A stretch of DNA of 64,000 nucleotides from an uncultured virus (IMG/VR IMGVR_UViG_3300042306_000801). Its lineage: Duplodnaviria > Heunggongvirae > Uroviricota > Caudoviricetes. Below, one piece after another: positions 57,972-64,000 of the stretch. The position numbers and the translations under genes were made by a program. How positions within the stretch are numbered: the stretch's first letter is position 1; every line of letters starts with the position of its first letter. The notes beneath the pieces are model-generated. The model saw only the letters and a program-made list of their open reading frames with translations. It was not told the DNA's origin and ran no database searches. The DNA is taken from IMG/VR virus record IMGVR_UViG_3300042306_000801; one strand, given 5' to 3'.

Positions 57972-58163
57972 ATGAAAAAATGGATTCCTAAAATATTAGC
58001 CATTATAGTTATGATACCGGTATTTTTTATTGGTATTACGGTAGGTATTATCTGGAATCTATACCTGATTGCAAATTACATATCGTTTAGATTAAAAAGA
58101 AAGTGGAAAGCGGGTATAAAAGAGGTTAAAAAACACCACCAAGAACCCAAAAATAAGGGGTAA
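57972..58163 (+). CDS. Small membrane protein
   Basis: Hydrophobic N-terminal half and a basic tail. Confidence 0.45.
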   Translation: MKKWIPKILAIIVMIPVFFIGITVGIIWNLYLIANYISFRLKRKWKAGIKEVKKHHQEPKNKG

Positions 58164-58263
58164 TTTGAGGGAAGTCTCCTAAACCCTATAAAGATATCCA
58201 AAACCTTGCATGCCATCCAAGAAACCACCACGAAATCGTTCTGGTGGGATTAAAAAACACCCA

Positions 58264-58313
58264 TAACCCATTGAAAATCAACTGATTATAAGTCATTGAA
58301 AATCAATGGGTTA
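58264..58313. repeat. Two tandem 25-bp palindromic units of the same family
   Basis: TAACCCATTGAAAATCAACTGATTA at 58264-58288 and TAAGTCATTGAAAATCAATGGGTTA at 58289-58313. Confidence 0.9.
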
Positions 58314-58317
58314 TTTA

Positions 58318-58349
58318 TTTGGTAGAATGAGCAAAATTTCGTATATTTG
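58318..58349 (+). promoter_or_regulatory. Bacteroidota-type promoter
   Basis: TTTG at 58318-58321, N20, TATATTTG at 58342-58349. Confidence 0.7.
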
Positions 58350-58366
58350 TATATTAATAAAAAGTT

Positions 58367-58885
58367 ATGAGACGTAAGATTATTTTCATTGATGTAGATG
58401 GACCGTTGGCATGGGGAACGTGGGGCGATGGTAGAGTTACTTTGAATGAAGCAACTAAAACTTTTACGATACCATACCCTTGGGTTCAAGACGATTGTCA
58501 AGCACTTGAAAAGATTTGTAATGAAACAAATGCAAGTTTGGTAGTAAGTTCTGATTGGAAAAAACATTTTAGTTTTATTCAGTTAAAGCGTATATTTCAA
58601 TACTATGGAATTACTGCACCAATTGTGGATATAACTACACATCAAGACCTATGGATGAAGATGAGTAGACCGGGAGCTGAATGGGAAAGAGCTGCTGAAA
58701 TTAAAAAGTGGGCTAAAGATAATAAGATTTCTAATTGGATTGCGATTGATGATATGAGGTTGAATCAACAATTCAAATGGATGAAAGTTCCACAATGGAG
58801 ACATGTGCAGGTTGATGGTGATTTTGGAGTTGGTGGACGATTGAGAGATAAAATTGATGAATGTATTAATAAACTAAACCGATAA
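58367..58885 (+). CDS. HAD-domain protein (Swiss-army-knife RNA-repair type)
   Basis: IFIDVDGPL, VVSSDWK, R..EI..W, WIAIDD. Confidence 0.75.
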   Translation: MRRKIIFIDVDGPLAWGTWGDGRVTLNEATKTFTIPYPWVQDDCQALEKICNETNASLVVSSDWKKHFSFIQLKRIFQYYGITAPIVDITTHQDLWMKMSRPGAEWERAAEIKKWAKDNKISNWIAIDDMRLNQQFKWMKVPQWRHVQVDGDFGVGGRLRDKIDECINKLNR

Positions 58886-58887
58886 AA

Positions 58888-60168
58888 ATGAGTAAAAGAC
58901 AGCAAGTTTTAGAAAATGAAAGAAAACTTATTGAGAAGTTGCAAAGTAATATGTTGGATGAATTGGATTTGGAATTGGATGGAGATATGCCTGAAGAACT
59001 TCTTGAAGCAATTAGAAATGCTCACGATGAGACGGTTGGTAATGGTGGTAGTGCTACTAATGAAGTAACAACCGGTCAACCATATCGTTTGAGCGATTCG
59101 GATGATTTTCCATTTGGTACTTATGTTCAAAACCAAACAGGTAGGATTGTAACAAAACACTTCCGAATTAGTGATGAGTATCAAATCAAACAGACTCCGT
59201 TTCTTGCTATGGTTAAGGATATGGGTTTTAATAAAATTTATGTTAGAGAATACTATGGGCACAACAATTATGGAGCAACGGAAGTGTGGGAAAAAAGAAC
59301 AGGTGGTTCGGTTACATTGATTAATGTATCCAATGTAATTCGTAAGTGGACGGCCAAAGTTAAGAAATCATTCAAAGATAGTATTGGTGTAGATGTTCAA
59401 GTATTTTCAAATGATGAATCTCAATTATATACCGAATTGGTTGAGAAGATTATCGGTTTAGGTAAGAAACGAAAGCACGAAAGTAATAATATCGCATTGG
59501 TTATCCAAACTCCAAGAGGATATGATACAACATCGTTTGAATTACCTGACCAGAAGTTGGATATTGAGCTGGGATATGGTAAGGCATTTAAACCAATCCA
59601 CGAAAAGATTATCAACACTCTTAATAAGAAGAATGGTAAAGGGTTGGTTCTATTGCATGGAACACCGGGTACTGGTAAGACTCACTACTTAAAGTATATT
59701 GCAAGTAAGATTAAGGATAAGAGAGTACTATTCATTCCACCATACTTGGCAGACTTCATCACATCACCGGAGATGACACCTTTCCTAATTCAAAATAGTA
59801 ATTCAATTCTATTCATTGAAGATGCGGAGAGAGTAATTACGGATAGAAATAATGGTGGAGCAAATGGGGTATCAAACATCCTTAACATCACCGATGGTAT
59901 ATTAAGTGATATCTTAAAGATTCAGATTGTAGCAACATTCAATATGGATAAAGCTAAGATTGATTCGGCACTATTAAGAAAGGGTAGATTGATTGCAGAA
60001 CATAAGTTTGATGCCCTACCAATTGATGATGCCAATAACCTAATTAAGCATTTAGGTAAAGACCACGTGGCAACTAAACCAATGACCTTAACTGAAATAT
60101 ATAATTTAGATGAGGCAGAATACAAATCAGAGGACAAGTATTCACCAATAGGATTTAATAGATATTAA
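58888..60168 (+). CDS. AAA+ ATPase
   Basis: LLHGTPGTGKT, FIEDAE, ILNITDG, ATFN, IDSALLRKGRL. Confidence 0.88.
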   Translation: MSKRQQVLENERKLIEKLQSNMLDELDLELDGDMPEELLEAIRNAHDETVGNGGSATNEVTTGQPYRLSDSDDFPFGTYVQNQTGRIVTKHFRISDEYQIKQTPFLAMVKDMGFNKIYVREYYGHNNYGATEVWEKRTGGSVTLINVSNVIRKWTAKVKKSFKDSIGVDVQVFSNDESQLYTELVEKIIGLGKKRKHESNNIALVIQTPRGYDTTSFELPDQKLDIELGYGKAFKPIHEKIINTLNKKNGKGLVLLHGTPGTGKTHYLKYIASKIKDKRVLFIPPYLADFITSPEMTPFLIQNSNSILFIEDAERVITDRNNGGANGVSNILNITDGILSDILKIQIVATFNMDKAKIDSALLRKGRLIAEHKFDALPIDDANNLIKHLGKDHVATKPMTLTEIYNLDEAEYKSEDKYSPIGFNRY

Positions 60169-60169
60169 T

Positions 60170-60514
60170 ATGAATTGGATTAAAACATATAAAATACATT
60201 TACTACTTGTGATAGCTACATTGGCTTTCTTTTCAACAATGGTTCATTATTTTAATTTAGTAGATGAAAACTACGAGTTAAAAGAACGAATAATTACGTT
60301 GGAAGAAAAAGTTAATTTATTAGATAGTTATCCATACGAACATTCAAAAATAGAAAACAATGACAGAGTTACTGATTTTCCTAAACATAATGATTTTGGA
60401 AATTGTACTGAGCATAGACAATGCTGCTGTACTGGCTGCGATGGTAAAGGAACTACCAAAAGACCAACAAAAGAAAGCACTAACATACGGTATAGCAGGA
60501 GCTTACCTTTTTAG
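60170..60514 (+). CDS. Membrane-anchored hypothetical protein (3' part overlaps the TerC gene)
   Basis: TM segment plus coiled coil at the N-terminus; the last 155 nt overlap the next gene. Confidence 0.4.
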   Translation: MNWIKTYKIHLLLVIATLAFFSTMVHYFNLVDENYELKERIITLEEKVNLLDSYPYEHSKIENNDRVTDFPKHNDFGNCTEHRQCCCTGCDGKGTTKRPTKESTNIRYSRSLPF

Positions 60515-61010
60515 AGGATTGGCCTTACTATTTGCATCGGTTCTTATCAAATTGGTATGGTTAAAAGTAGCAGGTGGCTTATATCTTATGTATTTAGCAT
60601 ATAACGCCCTATCATCAAAAGTTGAAACGGATGGTGGTAGTAAGATGACAATTAAGATACCATTCTTATCAGCATTATGGTCTACAATCGTAGCAATTGA
60701 GATTATGGATTTAGTATTCAGTATTGATAATGTATTTGCTGCCGTTGCATTCACACCAAATTTATGGTTGATATATGGTGGAGTGTTTATTGGTATTCTT
60801 GCTATGAGATTCGCAACAACAAAGTTTGTGAAAGTATTAGAGAAGAATCCTATATTAGAGAAAGTGGCATATTGGGTAATTGGGGCATTGGGATTGAAGT
60901 TAGTATCATCATATTGGTTACATGATTTGAATACTGAAAGCATTGACGCAGTATTTTCAATCTTAACCTTATTAGCATTTATAATACCTTTAATAATAAA
61001 AAAGAAATAA
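60360..61010 (+). CDS. TerC-family integral membrane protein
   Basis: LEIVLSIDNA, ALTYGI.GA..FR, DLVFSIDNVFAA, GILAMRF. Confidence 0.9.
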   Translation: MTELLIFLNIMILEIVLSIDNAAVLAAMVKELPKDQQKKALTYGIAGAYLFRGLALLFASVLIKLVWLKVAGGLYLMYLAYNALSSKVETDGGSKMTIKIPFLSALWSTIVAIEIMDLVFSIDNVFAAVAFTPNLWLIYGGVFIGILAMRFATTKFVKVLEKNPILEKVAYWVIGALGLKLVSSYWLHDLNTESIDAVFSILTLLAFIIPLIIKKK

Positions 61011-61013
61011 GTT

Positions 61014-61253
61014 ATGCATAACCCCTTTTGTTATATCGGTTGTCACAACTGGGAATACCGAAAAGAAAAACATCAATGCACTAATCATCCACAAGGTAGA
61101 GATGTGATTAGAGTAGTGGTTAGAGAATGTAAATGGTGCGGACATAGAGAGCATCACACTTTACCCAGAGTTGGGAAAAAATTTACTCAATGGAAATCAT
61201 TTGATGATATTGGTAAAGAAGATTGTGTAGATATTAAAAGAGTTTACGAATGA
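61014..61253 (+). CDS. Small Zn-binding-like hypothetical protein
   Basis: C...CHNW ... RECKWCG. Confidence 0.55.
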   Translation: MHNPFCYIGCHNWEYRKEKHQCTNHPQGRDVIRVVVRECKWCGHREHHTLPRVGKKFTQWKSFDDIGKEDCVDIKRVYE

Positions 61254-61642
61254 TATTCAGAACGAGAAAATTAATTAAACCAGGTGACCTAAATGCTAGA
61301 GGTACACTATTTGGTGGACAGGTATTAAAATGGATTGATGAAGAAGCATCCATATTTACAATTTGCCAATTAGGTGAACGTAGTATTGTTACAAAGGCAA
61401 TGAGTGAAATCAACTTTGTATCATCTGCCAAAACCGGTGATATTATTGAGATAGGATGTGAGTTAGTACAATTTGGTACAACATCGGTAACAATAAGTTG
61501 CGAAGTACGAAACAAAGATACAAAACAAACAATTATTAAAATTGATAAAATTGTATTTGTTGCAGTAGATGAAAACGGAAGACCAAAGCCACACAACAAA
61601 CCATCCGATGAAGATGATTTAAGATTTGAAACATATAATTAA
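61250..61642 (+). CDS. Hotdog-fold acyl-CoA thioesterase
   Basis: DLNARGTLFGG..LKWIDE, FVAVDENGRP. Confidence 0.88.
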   Translation: MIFRTRKLIKPGDLNARGTLFGGQVLKWIDEEASIFTICQLGERSIVTKAMSEINFVSSAKTGDIIEIGCELVQFGTTSVTISCEVRNKDTKQTIIKIDKIVFVAVDENGRPKPHNKPSDEDDLRFETYN

Positions 61643-61644
61643 TA

Positions 61645-62202
61645 ATGAAAAAAGAATGGGTATGTAGTAAATGTGGCCAATCAACTTTGGATGTTGATAT
61701 AGATTATCTTATAGGATATGACCATATTTCATGTCTATTAAAAGCGGGGTTGCCTAAATTACAAAATTGGAATAAGTTAGAAGGGCAAGAATTTGATGTA
61801 ATGGGAGTCTCTATGAGAATGCAAAATGCCGAAGTTGATATTGAGATTGATAGATACACAGTTTGGTTAATTGATAAGGAAGTAACAACCGAACCACTAA
61901 TGAGAGTTGATATGTATTTGGCTGATAAAGAAATTGATATTAAAACATTCAGACCAGATACAATTTCACCACCATTTCATACTCGTAAGCAAATAACCAA
62001 AGACCATATTAAAGACCCATCTATCTTTATGCAAACAATTGGAATGATGATGATGGGTGACCCTGAGATAAGAAAGGTTTTGGATTATCTATCGGAAATG
62101 AATGGTAATGTTGGTGCAAGAAGTGGAATGAGAGGTGGAATTGTGAATCACGTACTAAATGGTGGAAATACTAAAACATTTGGTTCAGCAAGTCTTTGGT
62201 AA
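61645..62202 (+). CDS. Hypothetical protein
   Basis: 185-aa ORF with N-terminal CSKCG...H..C. Confidence 0.55.
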   Translation: MKKEWVCSKCGQSTLDVDIDYLIGYDHISCLLKAGLPKLQNWNKLEGQEFDVMGVSMRMQNAEVDIEIDRYTVWLIDKEVTTEPLMRVDMYLADKEIDIKTFRPDTISPPFHTRKQITKDHIKDPSIFMQTIGMMMMGDPEIRKVLDYLSEMNGNVGARSGMRGGIVNHVLNGGNTKTFGSASLW

Positions 62203-62226
62203 TATCAATAATTTTTCGTATCTTTA
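62195..62226 (+). promoter_or_regulatory. Bacteroidota-type promoter, near-leaderless
   Basis: TTTG at 62195-62198, N20, TATCTTTA at 62219-62226; ATG at 62231. Confidence 0.65.
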
Positions 62227-62230
62227 CATT

Positions 62231-62572
62231 ATGAATTTATTAATAGGGTTTCTTTATGGATTAGTGGCACAGGTATTAACCTTTTTGCAATTACAAGGTA
62301 GTATCAAATATGGTTGGTATGCAAAATACCCAATCATAATAATTTTAGCATCCATTCCATCGGGTTGGTTGTTCCTAAAATCAGTACAACATTTTGTATT
62401 AGCGTTTAGTGGTGAAATATGGCCATCTCGTCTTTTAGGATATGGTATTGGTGTTATAGTATTTACTTTAATGAGTTGGCAATTATTTGGTGAACATCTA
62501 AATACTAAAACATTAGTTTGTTTGGGATTGAGTGTAGCGATAATATTGATTCAAATACTTTGGAAATCATAA
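62231..62572 (+). CDS. Small 4-TM membrane protein (DMT-like)
   Basis: Four hydrophobic segments and FGE.LNTKTLVCL. Confidence 0.6.
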   Translation: MNLLIGFLYGLVAQVLTFLQLQGSIKYGWYAKYPIIIILASIPSGWLFLKSVQHFVLAFSGEIWPSRLLGYGIGVIVFTLMSWQLFGEHLNTKTLVCLGLSVAIILIQILWKS

Positions 62573-62593
62573 TAGATATAAAAATAAATTAGT

Positions 62594-63442
62594 ATGAATA
62601 TATTAGTAACAGGTGGAGTTGGGTTTGTAGGAACTAACTTGGTAAATAGATTAAAAGAAGAAGGACATAAAGTAATTGTTATAGATGATTACTCAATTGG
62701 TAAAGTTGAAAACCAAATTCAAGGTGTTAGATATCTACCAATGAATGTAGAACAAATTGAATATATCAAAGGTGATGAAGTAGACTTATGTTTTCATTTA
62801 GCGGGATTGAGTAGAATACAACCATCATTTGAAACCCCATCCGAGTTCTTTAGAGTTAATACTTCAGGTACCGAAGCAGTATGTGAGTGGGCTAGAAAAT
62901 GGAATGTGAAAGTTGTATATTCAGGTTCATCTTCACAATGGCATGACCCATTTCAATCGCCATATGCGATGTATAAAAAGTTAGGTGAGGATGTGTGTAA
63001 AATGTATAGAAAGGTATTTGGTACTAACATTGAGATAGCTCGTTTTTATAATGTTTACGGTCCACATGAAATTACCGATGGTAAATGGGCGGCTGTAATT
63101 GGATTATGGAGAGGACAGGTTGCGGAAGGTAACCCAATTACAATTGTTGGTGATGGTGAACAAAGGAGAGATTTTACACATGTTGATGATATTGTGGATG
63201 GGTTAATCAAAATCGGGTTTGGAACTGAAACACACGAAGATGCTTGGGAATTGGGAACTGGATTTAATTATTCAATTAATGAAGTAGCTGATATCTTTGT
63301 TGAAAAGTTTGGATGTGAAAAACTTTATATAGATAACCAAAAAGGAAATTATAAAGAAACACGTAGAGAGAATGATGATGCTATTAACCGATTGGGATGG
63401 CAACCAAAAGATGTATTAAAAGGTTATATTGAAAATTTATAA
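62594..63442 (+). CDS. NAD-dependent epimerase/dehydratase (extended SDR)
   Basis: VTGGVGFVG, HLAG, SSS, SPYAMYK (YxxxK), RFYNVYGP, GDGEQRRDFTHVDD. Confidence 0.92.
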   Translation: MNILVTGGVGFVGTNLVNRLKEEGHKVIVIDDYSIGKVENQIQGVRYLPMNVEQIEYIKGDEVDLCFHLAGLSRIQPSFETPSEFFRVNTSGTEAVCEWARKWNVKVVYSGSSSQWHDPFQSPYAMYKKLGEDVCKMYRKVFGTNIEIARFYNVYGPHEITDGKWAAVIGLWRGQVAEGNPITIVGDGEQRRDFTHVDDIVDGLIKIGFGTETHEDAWELGTGFNYSINEVADIFVEKFGCEKLYIDNQKGNYKETRRENDDAINRLGWQPKDVLKGYIENL

Positions 63443-63453
63443 AAACAATAATT

Positions 63454-63606
63454 ATGAGTGCAATCGAAATTATCGGACTTTCTATGATAGCTAGTGGGTT
63501 GTTCATCGCTTACCATATGTGGAAAGCTCCAATGATGGATGAGAAAACTGGAAGGATTATAAAAGAAGGTAACAAATTATCAGACCTCTTTAAGAAAAAG
63601 AAATAA
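63454..63606 (+). CDS. Small membrane protein (50 aa)
   Basis: Manual translation MSAIEIIGLSMIASGLFIAYHMWKAPMMDE... Confidence 0.45.
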   Translation: MSAIEIIGLSMIASGLFIAYHMWKAPMMDEKTGRIIKEGNKLSDLFKKKK

Positions 63607-63609
63607 GTT

Positions 63610-64000
63610 ATGAAAGTAGAATTTAAAGACTCATTCTTTGAGAGCTTAGAGAAATTGGTATGGTATGATACGAACCTATGGAAAGTTTGGTCTGCTATAA
63701 GATATGATATCCCATTGTTCTTTAAGAATATATGGAGATTCAGAAAGGAGTTATATAGTCATCAATGGTGGGACTATCGTTTCCATTTAGAAATGATGTA
63801 TCGCTCTTTGAGTATTATGGAGAGGGGAATGAGTGAAAAAGGAATAGAAGTTGCTGAAACCCGAAATGTAAAGTTAATAAAGATGCGTAGAGCATTGGAG
63901 TTACTGAAACATAAGTTGGATGATGATTATATTGAGAGAGCAGAGGCTGAGTTGGGTAAGATAAATCATAGTGAATTTGAGTTTGAGAAAACCGAAGAAG
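63610..64000 (+). CDS. Hypothetical protein (3'-truncated)
   Basis: MKVEFKDSFFESLEKL...KNIWRFRKELYSHQWWDY, open to the window end. Confidence 0.6.
   Translation, partial: MKVEFKDSFFESLEKLVWYDTNLWKVWSAIRYDIPLFFKNIWRFRKELYSHQWWDYRFHLEMMYRSLSIMERGMSEKGIEVAETRNVKLIKMRRALELLKHKLDDDYIERAEAELGKINHSEFEFEKTEE

Noticed and set aside
651..61599. Remaining short minus-strand ORFs in the track
   Set aside because: They lie antisense to well-supported + strand genes or across gene boundaries and show no recognisable motifs.
1..64000. tRNA/rRNA genes, introns, inteins, alternative genetic code
   Set aside because: No cloverleaf was seen in the short intergenic gaps. RecA, helicase, RNR and PolB are of normal length and uninterrupted, and the ORFs tile densely under the standard code.

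Overview
This window is 64 kb of an AT-rich, very gene-dense, large T4-like ('huge') dsDNA phage genome, and every credible gene lies on the + strand. The host is probably a Bacteroidota bacterium: there are 13 copies of a TTTG-N19/20-TAnnTTT(G/A) promoter, starts lack Shine-Dalgarno sequences, and the phage carries DUF4494-like and bS21 genes. Layout: (1) 1-20 kb, replisome and nucleotide metabolism (SSB, RecA/UvsX, 5'-3' exonuclease, DnaB-like helicase, class II RNR, clamp, PolB, dUTPase, clamp loader), with an AsnB-like amidotransferase, a GNAT and three paralogous SPPY-type DNA amino-methyltransferase-like genes embedded in it; (2) 20-40 kb, a large glycan-synthesis island around a Gly/Ser/Thr-repeat fibre protein and an S8 protease, which includes a RuBisCO-like (form IV) protein, two nucleotidyltransferases, a cupin, a HAD phosphatase and WecB; (3) 40-49.6 kb, accessory genes (bS21, APS kinase, SET domain, sulfotransferase, WavE-like); (4) 49.6-64 kb, a VWA/MoxR pair flanked by 25-bp palindromic repeats, then FolE, IscU/IscA, PspC, TerC and many small ORFs. 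The best candidates for undescribed systems are the replisome-coupled AsnB/GNAT/triple-MTase DNA-modification module and the RuBisCO-like-protein-containing glycan pathway. Supporting the first, GATC is almost absent and survives only as GATCCTG. All assignments come from reading motifs by eye; no database searches were run.
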